From assembly GCA_964535025.1 (NCBI GenBank), contig CAZHRW010000176.1, positions 1 through 60,742 of the forward strand: a stretch of 60,742 nucleotides of DNA, read 5' to 3'. Made by a program: the position numbers and the translations under genes. Of this stretch, positions 1 through 9,143 are shown piece by piece; the stretch's first letter is position 1, and the number at the start of each line of letters is the position of its first letter. The notes under the pieces were generated by a model, which worked only from the letters and a program-made list of their open reading frames with translations, was not told the origin of the DNA and did no database searches. This DNA is from an uncultured Planctomycetales bacterium. GTDB taxonomy: Bacteria; Planctomycetota; Phycisphaerae; SM23-33; FEN-1343.

Positions 1-1
1 C

Positions 2-556
2 CTCTTTACGCCCATCCAGCGACGGCACGGCGTGCCCATCGGCAACCTGACCAGCCAATGGTTCGCCAACTGGTACCTGACCGGCCTGGACCACTTCGTG
101 ACCAGCGGCCTGGGGCTGGGCGGCTACGTGCGCTACTGCGACGATTTCGTGATCTTCGACGATGACAGGGAGCGCCTGCGGGCGACGGCGGCGGCCGTGG
201 GCGAGTATCTTGCGGGCGTGCGCCTGCGCCTTCACGAAGGCAAGTTGCACACGCGCCCGACGCGGCAGGGATTGACCTTCGTCGGCTATCGGATGTGGAG
301 CACGCATCGGCTGGTGAGGAAGTCGAACGTGCGGCAATTCCGCCGGCGCGTGCGGTGGATGCGGGAGGCGTACGGGGCCGGGCGGATCGACTTCGACGAG
401 ATTAAGGCGCGCCTGGACAGTTGGATGGGCCATGCCCGCCAGGCCGATAGCGAGAGGTTGCTCAGGCGTCTGAGCAGCGAGTGGTCTTTTGTGAGGGACA
501 GCGCCGTTCAGCTACCGCGTGATCCGCGGCGGCAGTTGGAACAACAACGCACGTAA
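2..556 (+). CDS. DGR-type reverse transcriptase, C-terminal part (5' truncated by window edge)
   Basis: GVPIGNLTSQWFAN (the SQ variant typical of DGR RTs), YVRYCDDFVIF catalytic motif, GLTFVGY; directly followed by an AAC-rich template repeat. Confidence 0.93.
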   Translation, partial: LFTPIQRRHGVPIGNLTSQWFANWYLTGLDHFVTSGLGLGGYVRYCDDFVIFDDDRERLRATAAAVGEYLAGVRLRLHEGKLHTRPTRQGLTFVGYRMWSTHRLVRKSNVRQFRRRVRWMREAYGAGRIDFDEIKARLDSWMGHARQADSERLLRRLSSEWSFVRDSAVQLPRDPRRQLEQQRT

Positions 557-632
557 CTGCCGTTCGGCGAACCGCAACAGGAACAACCCCGACAACACGA
601 ACAACAACAACGGGTTTCGGGTCGTGGTTGCT
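495..632 (+). repeat. DGR template repeat (TR) for a CLec/FGE-sulfatase-type target
   Basis: Reads RVIRGGSWNNNARNCRSANRNRNNPDNTNNNNGFRVV with 13 AAC codons; RGGSW...GFR are the conserved VR flanks; boundaries approximate. Confidence 0.9.
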
Positions 633-830
633 CCGGGCGGCCTGCACTTGCGCCAAGGCCACGGCGACGCGTTCGTCCGGAATTCCGGCGTCCACGGATG
701 CCGGAAGCGTGACCGAAACGCAAGTCCTGGCGCTGTTCCCGGACCGTCCCCGACGGGACCGCCGAATCTTCGCCGCACGGCCGGCCGAGGCTGGTACCCA
801 TCGGGGAACGTGTCGGCCGGCCTTCTTTTC
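633..830 (+). ncRNA. Putative DGR spacer RNA downstream of the TR, ending in a terminator-like stem
   Basis: Hairpin TTCCGGCGTC-CACG-GATGCCGGAA (683-706); stem GGCCGGCCGA/TCGGCCGGCC (779-788/813-822) followed by TTCTTTTC. Confidence 0.55.
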
Positions 831-1139
831 TCATGCATCGAGGGCACCTCAGGACAGCCGTGCAAGGTGTTTCTGTCCCCCTACCCCAGCATCAACTCCG
901 CCTTATTCCGTCCCTTTGGTGCACTGTATGGCGCACTGAAAAGTATTCCCGGCCGGATAGAACGACGGACTTGAGGCTTGAGACCTGAGACCTGAGGTAC
1001 GGCGAACGGCCACGCCAAACGGCAACGGCACGACGCCGGGTCGGCGTGGGGGTGGTCGAGGGGTGCGGCGATCTCGCGGCACGGGCGAACGTGTCGCGTT
1101 GTGTCGCGATCTGTCGCGGCGTGACGGGTCACGTCGCAT

Positions 1140-1203
1140 TGCCGGAGGAGGGACTCGAACCCTCACTCTGTTGCCAGGACGGGATTTTGAATCCCGCGCA
1201 TCT
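1140..1203 (-). pseudogene. tRNA-Leu(CAA) 3' fragment (att-like)
   Basis: CGGGA-TTCAAAA-TCCCG anticodon arm, long variable arm, GGTTCGAGTCC T-arm, CTCCGGCA acceptor 3' strand; no matching 5' acceptor strand or D-arm upstream. Confidence 0.8.
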
Positions 1204-1447
1204 GGGCAGGGCTCGCCGCCGCGTCGAGAGGCATCAGCCCCGGCGACACGCCCGCGTCAACGCGGACCCGTACGCATAAAATCCACCAAGTGCATATAGA
1301 GGCACTACTTGCGGCGGACACGGCCCCGAGCGATAAACGCGCGCCGTCAAAGCTGCCCACGAAAGCCGCGGACGCCCGAGCCTGAATCTCGCCGCCAAGG
1401 CCTTGGCGCCGGCGGAGTTCAAATCACATCGCTTTCGTTCCCACGCC

Positions 1448-1938
1448 CTAACGCGAACACCCTTCGCCCTCCGACGCCGCGCCCAGCTTCGCCAGGAGCA
1501 AACCCCCCAGCCGCACCTGCCCCTTGTGCAGCTTCCGCCTGGCGGCGCGGGCGTCGAACCACGCGGCACGATCGACCTCCCGGAGCGGCGGCGTTTGCCG
1601 GAGCCGGGGGGCCATTGGATCTCGAAGGTGTTGGAACGGAGGTCGCGGCAGTCGACGTCGCCCCGGGCCGTCCGGGCGTGGACGATCTTGCCGTCCAGCT
1701 GGGTGAGCTCGGCGAGGAAGGCCGGGGCGTCGGGGGCGTCGAAGCCGGTTTCCTCGGTGAACTCACGCACCGCCGCGTCGAGCGGGTCGGCGGTGGCGGG
1801 GTCGAACTCGCCCTTGGGGATCGACCACGCGGCGTCGTCCTTCTTCGCCCAGAACGGCCCGCCGGGGTGAACGAGAAGGACCTCCACCACCCCGTCGGTG
1901 ACCCGGTACAGCAGGATGCCCGCGCTGTGTCTGCCCAT
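1448..1938 (-). pseudogene. NUDIX hydrolase, frameshifted near 1580
   Basis: SAGILLY...LLVHPGGPFW...WSIPKG...AAVREFTEETG; the expected C-terminus EVDRAAWFD continues in another frame; ATG to TAG spans 491 nt (1 nt short). Confidence 0.8.
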
Positions 1939-2237
1939 GCCCGCTCCCGCCCCGCCGGGCGGGGCTCGACGACGCCCGGCCGCCCGGGGCCGTTTCCGTA
2001 TCATACGTCGATGCGTCAGCCGTCCCTGCCCGCCAAGGACTCACGCCGGCGCGGTCGTTGATCGTCAGTCCCCTTGGTTGCCCTTGCTCGCATCGACCCA
2101 CGGCGATCATCTCGCCGCCCCTCGTGGCCAGGCACAAGGCCCGCCCCACAACGGCGGCGGGCGTTGACCCGCGGCGACCCGCAGCGGGGGCATTTCACAG
2201 CGTTACGAACTTTTTTTCCGCCGTGAAGCGGTTTTTT

Positions 2238-2540
2238 AACATTGTGAGGCAATTCCGGCATTTTGTTAGGGCAGGTGCGCACTTTCTTGAGGCCGAGGCG
2301 CATTTTGTTAAGCCTGCCCTTCATTTTCTTCAGCGGCTCCGACGGCCTGCCCGCGCCCGGCCCACGCCGGCCCTTGTTCCGTCCCCGGTTGTTTCACTTT
2401 GGCCCGAAATAGGCCCGGAGAATTCGGAGAATTCGGGTTTTATGCCGTTAAGCTGGGCAAGCTGCACAGTCTGCACCGTCCGCCCTGTAACAAAATGAAC
2501 GGATCGCTTCACATTGTTAAGCCGACGCTCAATAAAATGA
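2238..2540. repeat. Two inverted arrays of degenerate 21-bp-period AT-rich motifs
   Basis: CATTTTGTTA-like units at 2238, 2259, 2280, 2301, 2322; reverse-complement TAACAAAATG-like units at 2488, 2509, 2530. Confidence 0.7.
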
Positions 2541-2705
2541 ACGAAACAACCGGGGACGGCATAGGCAAACAGGTTAGCTTACCGTCTCTTGCAGCCGCGG
2601 CATCGTAAGCCCTTGTCAGACCTCAGCCCGAGCCCCGGCAAGACGGCATCCAAGACGGCATCCGGTTTTTCCCTGAAATGAACTTTTCCGATTCCGCCGC
2701 CGAGT

Positions 2706-3395
2706 TTACGCATACGACGCCGCCAGCCGCCGGCGGCCGAAGGGGCACAGCGCCGGCAGGCGGCAGTCCTCGCAGCGCGGGGACCTGGCGCGGCAGACGG
2801 CGCGGCCGTGGGCGATCAGCAGGAGGTGCATCGTGTAGCGGTCGGACGCGTCGATCAGCCCCGGCAGCTCGGCGTGGGCCTGGGCCGCGGTGGCCCCCTC
2901 GGGCAAGACGCCCAGGCGGATGGCGAGGCGGAGGATGTGGGTGTCGACCGGGAAGACGGGCATGGCGAAGCTGAACATCAGGACGCACAGGGCGGTCTTG
3001 ACGCCGACGCCGTCGAAGTCGAGCAGGTAGGCCGTCGCCTCGTCGGGGGTGCGACGGCGGAGGAACTGGAGGTCGATCCTGCCCCGCTCGGCCCGCAGGC
3101 GCCGGAGGATCGCGCGGATTCGCGGAGCCTTCCGCCGGGAGAGCCCCGCCGGGCGGATGCAGGCCTCGATGGGCCCGACGGGGGCGTCGGCGACGTCGTC
3201 CCAGGTGGGGAATCGCTCGCGGAGCCGCCGGTAGGCCGTCCGCGTGTTGGTGCCGCTGGTGCTCTGGGAGAGGATCGTCCCGACCAGAACGTCGACCGCC
3301 GGCCCGCCGGACCGCCACGGCCGCGGGCCGTATTGGTCGAGGAGACGACGGTGCACCCGCCGAAGGAGGCGCCGGGATGCTTCGGCGGCGGGCAA
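2706..3395 (-). CDS. HhH-GPD DNA glycosylase (endonuclease III family)
   Basis: TILSQ, LLDFDGVGVKTA HhH motif, PVDTH, C-x6-C-x2-C-x5-C FeS motif. Confidence 0.9.
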   Translation of the reverse strand: MPAAEASRRLLRRVHRRLLDQYGPRPWRSGGPAVDVLVGTILSQSTSGTNTRTAYRRLRERFPTWDDVADAPVGPIEACIRPAGLSRRKAPRIRAILRRLRAERGRIDLQFLRRRTPDEATAYLLDFDGVGVKTALCVLMFSFAMPVFPVDTHILRLAIRLGVLPEGATAAQAHAELPGLIDASDRYTMHLLLIAHGRAVCRARSPRCEDCRLPALCPFGRRRLAASYA

Positions 3396-3405
3396 AGCGA
3401 ACGGC

Positions 3406-4926
3406 CTACTCGTCTTCGACCCGCTGCGCCGCCGCGGGCGCGGCGATGTCGCGGCGGCGGTCGGCGAGGCGCGCCTGGAAGCTCAGCAGGCTCACGTAGT
3501 AGAACCCCACGCCGAAAATCGCCAGGAACGGGGCGCCCAAAAGCGTTTGGGCGTGAATCGCCGCAAACACGGTGCAGACGGTCAGGTAGATCGCGCAGGC
3601 CAACTCGATCCACGGCAGCAGGCCCAGCTTGCGGCGCTTGGTGCGGACCGGCCGGACGGTCGAATCGCCGAACTTGGGGGTGCGGACGAATTCGCTCTGG
3701 CGGCCCAGCAGCGCTTCGAGGACCGCTTTGGCGTTGGAGATGCACATGCCGGCGCCGAGGGCCATCAGGAACGGCAGGTACTTGAGCGTCCGCCGCCACG
3801 ACCCGAACAACGCCTGCTGGCTGGCCAGGTAGAACGTGCTGGCCGACAGCGTCGCCAGCCAGAACACCCCCAGGTCGAACATCAGCCGCCAGGGCGTGCC
3901 CCCGCCGGCGGGCACCGACTGCAGGAACATCGCCGGGAAGGTCATCAGCACCAGCAGGACCATGTACAGGTGGATGCTGAAGCTGGTCAGGTGGAAGGTC
4001 GCCTCGATCTTCGCCTTGCGGGGCGCGTGCGACAGCCAGATGCGGTGCAGCAGTTTCAGGGCGGTCTGCGTGCCGCCCTTGGTCCAGCGGTGCTGCTGGG
4101 CCTTGAAGGCGTTGATATCGGGCGGCAGCTCGGCCGGGGCCGTCAGGTCGGGCAGGAAGACGAACCGCCAGCCGCGCAGTTGGGCGCGGTAGCTGAGGTC
4201 CATGTCCTCGGTGAGCGTATCGTGCTGCCAGCCGCCGGCGTCGGTGATGGCCTCGCGGCGCCAGGTGCCGGCGGTGCCGTTGAAGCTCATGAACCGCCCG
4301 CTGCGGTTGCGGGCGACGTGTTCGATGACGAAGTGGCCGTCCAGCAGCACCGCCTGGCTGCGGGTCAGCAGGCTGGCGTTGCGGTTGAGGTGCTCCCACC
4401 GCGTCTGCACCACGCAGACCCGCGGATCGGTGAAGTAGTGGATGCTCCGTTTGAGGATATCCGGCGACGGCACGAAATCGGCGTCGAAGATGGTGATGAA
4501 CGTGCCCGTGGCGGTCTTCATCCCGTGGGCCAGGGCGCCGGCCTTGTAGCCGGTGCGGTCGTCGCGGTGGATGTACTCGATGTTGAACCCCGCGGCCCGG
4601 GCCCGCTCGACGGCCTGACGGGCGATCCGGCAGGTGTCGTCGGTGCTGTCGTCGAGGACCTGGATCTGCAGCTTGTCGCGGGGATACTCGATGCGGCAGG
4701 CCTGCTCGATGACGCGCCGCGCGACGACCTGCTCATTGTACATGGGCAGTTGGACCGTCACGGGCGGCAGCTCGTCGAACAGGGCCGTCGGGGCCGTCCG
4801 GCGGTCGCGATAGCGGTAGTACAGCAGCACGAGCGCCCAGCGGTGGAACCCGTAAATCGAGACCATCACCAGGACGAAGGTGTAGACGGTCATGAACAAC
4901 GTGTTGAACAGCGCTTCGATGCTCAT
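3406..4926 (-). CDS. Membrane glycosyltransferase family 2 (cellulose-synthase/CslA-like)
   Basis: VTVQLPMYNE, DDSTD, GYKAGAL, FDADF, TED, QQHRW motifs plus TM helices; start placed at MSIEAL. Confidence 0.9.
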   Translation of the reverse strand: MSIEALFNTLFMTVYTFVLVMVSIYGFHRWALVLLYYRYRDRRTAPTALFDELPPVTVQLPMYNEQVVARRVIEQACRIEYPRDKLQIQVLDDSTDDTCRIARQAVERARAAGFNIEYIHRDDRTGYKAGALAHGMKTATGTFITIFDADFVPSPDILKRSIHYFTDPRVCVVQTRWEHLNRNASLLTRSQAVLLDGHFVIEHVARNRSGRFMSFNGTAGTWRREAITDAGGWQHDTLTEDMDLSYRAQLRGWRFVFLPDLTAPAELPPDINAFKAQQHRWTKGGTQTALKLLHRIWLSHAPRKAKIEATFHLTSFSIHLYMVLLVLMTFPAMFLQSVPAGGGTPWRLMFDLGVFWLATLSASTFYLASQQALFGSWRRTLKYLPFLMALGAGMCISNAKAVLEALLGRQSEFVRTPKFGDSTVRPVRTKRRKLGLLPWIELACAIYLTVCTVFAAIHAQTLLGAPFLAIFGVGFYYVSLLSFQARLADRRRDIAAPAAAQRVEDE

Positions 4927-5075
4927 GGTTGCCGCACAGGCCGCCCTCAGCCGGCCCCACCCCGCCCGCACCGGTACGACCGGCACGGGGGGCAAGCCCG
5001 TAACCCTACTCTCCGACACGGCTAACCGATTGTAGGCCCACCTGCACGGCCGGTCAAGAGGATCTCTCGCCGCGG

Positions 5076-5507
5076 TCAGCTCTCCAGCGCCGAGCGAACG
5101 GCCTCGCGGATCTGCTCGATCTCGCCTTCGGCGTACTGGCCGGCCGGCCAGTTGAACTTGAAGGTATCGTTCTTGTATCGCGGGATGATGTGGAAATGGA
5201 CGTGCATGACTTCCTGGTGGGCGATGCGGCCGTTGTTCTGGAGCAGGTTGTAGCCCTGGCACCCGGTCGCCTGACGGACCGCCTTGGCCAGGGCGGGCAG
5301 GTGCCGCAGCACGGCGCCGGCCTGCGAGGCGTTCAGTTCGTCCAGCCTGACAGCATGGCGCTTCGGGATCAGCAGCACGTGTCCCCGCGCCAGGGGGTTG
5401 ATGTCCAGAAAGGCCAGTGCTTCGTCCGTCTCCAGAACCGAGGCACAGGGAATCTGGCCGGCGACTATCTTGCAGAACACGCAGTTCGGATCGGCGTTCG
5501 CTTCCAT
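5076..5507 (-). CDS. HIT family protein
   Basis: CVFCKI, DINP, HVHFHIIPR; AGGAGAGG RBS before MEANAD. Confidence 0.93.
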   Translation of the reverse strand: MEANADPNCVFCKIVAGQIPCASVLETDEALAFLDINPLARGHVLLIPKRHAVRLDELNASQAGAVLRHLPALAKAVRQATGCQGYNLLQNNGRIAHQEVMHVHFHIIPRYKNDTFKFNWPAGQYAEGEIEQIREAVRSALES

Positions 5508-5623
5508 CGCACCTCTCCTGGTTCTCCCCGGGGGACCGACACCGGGCGCCCCCGCGCTCGCCCAAAGAACAAGCCCGGCGATGAAACCGGGCTTGCGAGG
5601 ATACTCCAACGATCGGCCGGCCG

Positions 5624-6241
5624 CTAGTCTTCTTTTTTGCCCTCGGGGGCGTCGTCCGTCTCGCCCTGAGCTTCGGGCGCCTCGGCGGTCGCCTCGGCCT
5701 CGGGCGCTTCGGCAGGGGCCTCGGCCGCCTCGTCCTCGGCGGCGCCGACGGCGGCGACCGCCTCATGCCGCGCCGCGGCCCGGCGCTTGCGGCGGGAGCT
5801 GCGCGACCCGCCCTGGCCGCCTCCGGCGCCGGTCTCTTCGACCAGTTGGAGGATCACCTGGCGGCCGGCGTCGCCGAGGCGTCGTTCGGCCAGGCGGATG
5901 ATGCGGGTGTACCCGCCGGGACGATCGGCGTAGCGCGGGGCGATGTCGTCGAACAGCACGTCCAGGACGCCCTTGCTCTGGGGGTTGCCCTCCTTGTCCA
6001 TCAACACGCCGCGCTCGCCGCGGCGGTTGCCCAGCTCGGCGCTGACGAGCCGCCGCGCGTGGACGGTGCCTTTTCGCGCGTGGGTGATCAGCCGTTCCAC
6101 GAAGGGCTTGAGATCCTTGGCCTTCGCCTCGGTGGTTCGGATCGCCCCGTGCTGGAACAGCGCGATGGCCAGGTTCCGCCGCATCGCCCTGCGATGGGCC
6201 GACGTACGATTCAGTGTTCTTCCGGATACGCGGTGCCGCAT
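5624..6241 (-). CDS. rplQ: 50S ribosomal protein L17 with acidic C-terminal extension
   Basis: MRHR...TTEAKAK...RPGGYTRI; follows rpoA. Confidence 0.97.
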   Translation of the reverse strand: MRHRVSGRTLNRTSAHRRAMRRNLAIALFQHGAIRTTEAKAKDLKPFVERLITHARKGTVHARRLVSAELGNRRGERGVLMDKEGNPQSKGVLDVLFDDIAPRYADRPGGYTRIIRLAERRLGDAGRQVILQLVEETGAGGGQGGSRSSRRKRRAAARHEAVAAVGAAEDEAAEAPAEAPEAEATAEAPEAQGETDDAPEGKKED

Positions 6242-6284
6242 GATGCCAACCTTCAACGTTGCGCCGCCTTGGAGCGCGGCGAGA

Positions 6285-7334
6285 TCAGTCTTCCTCGTCT
6301 TCGGTCCCGATCTCGTCTTCGCCGAACGCAACCGGCGCCGGCGATTCGGAGAGATTCACATTCAGTCCCAACGTCAAGCCGATGTCGGCCAGCTTCCGCT
6401 TGATTTCGCGGAGGCTGGTCTTGCCGAAGCTTCGCACCTTCAGCAGGTCCGCCTCGGTCATCTTGACCAGGTCGCCCACGGTTTCCACGTCGGCCGACTG
6501 GAGGCAGTTGCTGGCCCGCACGCTCAGGTCCAGTTCGGCGATGGGCATGCTGAGCTTCTGGTTGAGTTCCTGGTCGGCCTGGGAGGTTTGCTCGGCCGGC
6601 GGGCCGGAGGGCAGTTCGGCGCCCAGGTCGAAATACTGCACGAACGGATTGAGGTGCTTGCGCAGGATCTTCCCGGCCTCGACCATGGCCATCTCGGGCG
6701 TCAGGGTCCCGTTGGTCCAGACCTCGAGGATCAGCCGGTCGTAGTTGGTCTTCTGGCCGACGCGTGTCGCTTCGGTCTGGTAGCGGACGCGCGTCACCGG
6801 CGAGAAGGAGGCATCGACGTGGATGACGCCGATCTCCTGTTCCTCCTCGGGCGGCATCAGTTCGGCGGCGGGGACGTATCCCCGCCCGCTGTCGACGGTC
6901 ATTTCCATCTCGAAGTCCATGGCCTCCGACAGCGTCGCCAGCACCAGGTCCCGGTTGATCACCTCGATGGCCGGATCGGCTTCGATCATATCGGCCGTGA
7001 CCGGGCCCTTGGCGGTGCTGCGCACCACCATGCGCTTGGCGCCGGGGGTGTGCATCTTGACGATCAGGCTCTTGACGTTCAGGATGATGTCGGTGACATC
7101 CTCCATCACCCCGGGCAGCGACTGAAACTCATGGGCCGCGTTGCCGATCTTGACGCTGGTGACCGCCGCGCCTTCGATGCTGCTCAGCAGCACCCGGCGC
7201 AACGAGTTCCCGATCGTGGTGCCCAGCCCCCGTTCGAAGGGCTCGACCATGAACCGGCTGTAGGTCGGGGTCGACACATCCTGATCGCTGACCACGCGTG
7301 TCGGCAGTTCCAGGCCACGCCACCTAATTCGCAT
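6285..7334 (-). CDS. rpoA: RNA polymerase alpha subunit
   Basis: EPFERGLGTTIGNSLRRVLLSS; CTD LSVRASNCL. Confidence 0.98.
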   Translation of the reverse strand: MRIRWRGLELPTRVVSDQDVSTPTYSRFMVEPFERGLGTTIGNSLRRVLLSSIEGAAVTSVKIGNAAHEFQSLPGVMEDVTDIILNVKSLIVKMHTPGAKRMVVRSTAKGPVTADMIEADPAIEVINRDLVLATLSEAMDFEMEMTVDSGRGYVPAAELMPPEEEQEIGVIHVDASFSPVTRVRYQTEATRVGQKTNYDRLILEVWTNGTLTPEMAMVEAGKILRKHLNPFVQYFDLGAELPSGPPAEQTSQADQELNQKLSMPIAELDLSVRASNCLQSADVETVGDLVKMTEADLLKVRSFGKTSLREIKRKLADIGLTLGLNVNLSESPAPVAFGEDEIGTEDEED

Positions 7335-7433
7335 TGGCTTGTGCCTCCGTATCGATCAGCCCGTCGTCTCTCGGCCCCCCGCAAAGGCCGCCCGACGAGC
7401 CGGGTTGCTGTTCCGCTTCGGGGATCCGGCACC

Positions 7434-8066
7434 CTACTGGCTGCAGAACTCCACGATAAGGTGCTCTTCCACGGGGATCTGCACATCCTCCCGCGTGGGC
7501 ATGGCCGTCACTGTGCCTTCCAGCTTGGTCATATCCAGACTGAGCCAGTTCTGCAGAACCGGCGCGCCCAGCTCTTCGATGTTTTGCCGGATGAGTTGCT
7601 GGCTGCGAGGGTTGTCCTTCACGGTCAACACGTCGCCCACGTCCACCAGGTAGCCGGGGCGATCGCACTTGCGGCCGTTGACGCGGATGTGTCCGTGGGC
7701 GACCAACTGGCGTGCGGCGGGGCGGCTGGGGGCGAAGCCCAGCTTGTGCACCGCGTTGTCCAGGCGGCGTTCCAGCAGGACGAGAATCGCCACGCCGGTG
7801 TTGCCCTTGGCGCGCTCGGCCATGCGGTAGTAGCGCATGAACTGCTTGTCATACACGCCGTAATACCGCTTGACCTTCTGCTTCTCCCGCAGGCGGACCC
7901 CGTACTCGCTGCCGCGACTGCGCCGCCACCCGTGCATGCCCGGGGCGTTATCGTGACCCTGCCGCTCCAGCGGATGCTTGGCGGTGCGGGAACGAATGCC
8001 CTTGAGCATCAGGTTGACGCCCTCACGGCGGTCCAGTCGAAACTTTGGTCCTGTGTACCGTCCCAT
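7434..8066 (-). CDS. rpsD: 30S ribosomal protein S4
   Basis: MGRYTGPK, LREKQK, LERRLDN, ARQLVAHGH. Confidence 0.97.
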   Translation of the reverse strand: MGRYTGPKFRLDRREGVNLMLKGIRSRTAKHPLERQGHDNAPGMHGWRRSRGSEYGVRLREKQKVKRYYGVYDKQFMRYYRMAERAKGNTGVAILVLLERRLDNAVHKLGFAPSRPAARQLVAHGHIRVNGRKCDRPGYLVDVGDVLTVKDNPRSQQLIRQNIEELGAPVLQNWLSLDMTKLEGTVTAMPTREDVQIPVEEHLIVEFCSQ

Positions 8067-8154
8067 CGTATTGATTGCTCCTATCGCCCGGCGTCCGGCT
8101 TGCACGCCGGCGGGTCATCACGTCCTCAGGCAACGTGCCGGTCGGCTGCGCCGC

Positions 8155-8532
8155 CTACACGCGCCGCTTCTTCCTCGGGCGGCAGCCGTTGTGGGGCAGC
8201 GGGGTGACGTCCTCGATCGAGACGATCCTCAGCCCGGCGGCCTGCAGCGCCGTCACGGCGCCCTCGCGCCCGGACCCGGGCCCGTTGACGCGGACTTCCA
8301 CCTCGGTCAGGCCCATCTTGCGGACCTTCTGAGCGCACTGCTCGGCGGCGCGCTGCGCCGCGAACGGGGTGCTCTTGCGCGAGCCCTTGAACCCGACGGT
8401 CCCGGCCGAATCGGAGGCCAGGGCCTCGCCGTTGAGATCGGTGATCGTCACCAGTGTGTTGTTGAACGACGCCTTGACGTGGGCGATGCCCTTGGCGACG
8501 TTCCGTCGGACTTTCTTGCGTGTCTTGGCCAT
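8155..8532 (-). CDS. rpsK: 30S ribosomal protein S11
   Basis: [20 protein letters not shown]. Confidence 0.98.
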   Translation of the reverse strand: MAKTRKKVRRNVAKGIAHVKASFNNTLVTITDLNGEALASDSAGTVGFKGSRKSTPFAAQRAAEQCAQKVRKMGLTEVEVRVNGPGSGREGAVTALQAAGLRIVSIEDVTPLPHNGCRPRKKRRV

Positions 8533-8587
8533 CGCTTCTCCGCGTTGCGGTGCGCTGCTGTCGTCGGCCGGCGGCGCCGGCGGACGG

Positions 8588-8971
8588 TTACCTCATTTCC
8601 TTGACGCTCTTCTTGCCCGCGACGGTCTTGCGCGGTCCCTTGCGGGTCCGGGCGTTGGTCTTGGTCCGCTGGCCCCGGACGGGCAGCCCGCGGCGGTGCC
8701 GCAGGCCCCGGTAGCACGTGATGTCCCGCAGGCGGGCGATGTTCTGCGCCACCTGCCGGCGAAGCTGACCTTCGACCATGTACTCGCCGTCGAGGATGCT
8801 CGCGATCTTGCTGAGCTGACCTTCGGTGAGGTCCTTGGCCCGGACCATCGGCTCGACCTCGGCCTTCTTGCAGATCTCCGCGGCGAGGGTCGGGCCGATC
8901 CCGTAGATGTACCGCAGCGCGATCACCGTGGGCTTGTCGTTGGGAATGTCTACACCAATCAGACGTGGCAT
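8588..8971 (-). CDS. rpsM: 30S ribosomal protein S13
   Basis: [24 protein letters not shown]. Confidence 0.98.
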   Translation of the reverse strand: MPRLIGVDIPNDKPTVIALRYIYGIGPTLAAEICKKAEVEPMVRAKDLTEGQLSKIASILDGEYMVEGQLRRQVAQNIARLRDITCYRGLRHRRGLPVRGQRTKTNARTRKGPRKTVAGKKSVKEMR

Positions 8972-8989
8972 ATGCCGACTCCTTGCTCG

Positions 8990-9103
8990 CTAGCCTTGCC
9001 GCTGCTTGTGCCGGGGATTCGTGCAGATCACCCGCACCACGCCCTTGCGGCGGATGATCCTGCAGTTCTCGCACATTCGCTTGACCGAACTCTTCACTTT
9101 CAT
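8990..9103 (-). CDS. rpmJ: 50S ribosomal protein L36 (not in ORF track)
   Basis: Manual translation [37 protein letters not shown]. Confidence 0.96.
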   Translation of the reverse strand: MKVKSSVKRMCENCRIIRRKGVVRVICTNPRHKQRQG

Positions 9104-9143
9104 CGCTCTTCCTGCCCGGCGGCCCACCGGCCGCACCTTCCGG

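Noticed and set aside
519-974. 151-aa ORF beginning MIRGGSWNNN
   Set aside because: It is the translated template repeat plus spacer; no RBS and no N-terminal domain, so it is not the DGR target gene
1140-1225. Complete, split or permuted tRNA-Leu
   Set aside because: No complementary 5' acceptor strand or D-arm found adjacent or elsewhere in the window
2238-2540. CRISPR array
   Set aside because: Period is 21 nt with degenerate 10-nt cores; no repeat-spacer structure and no cas genes
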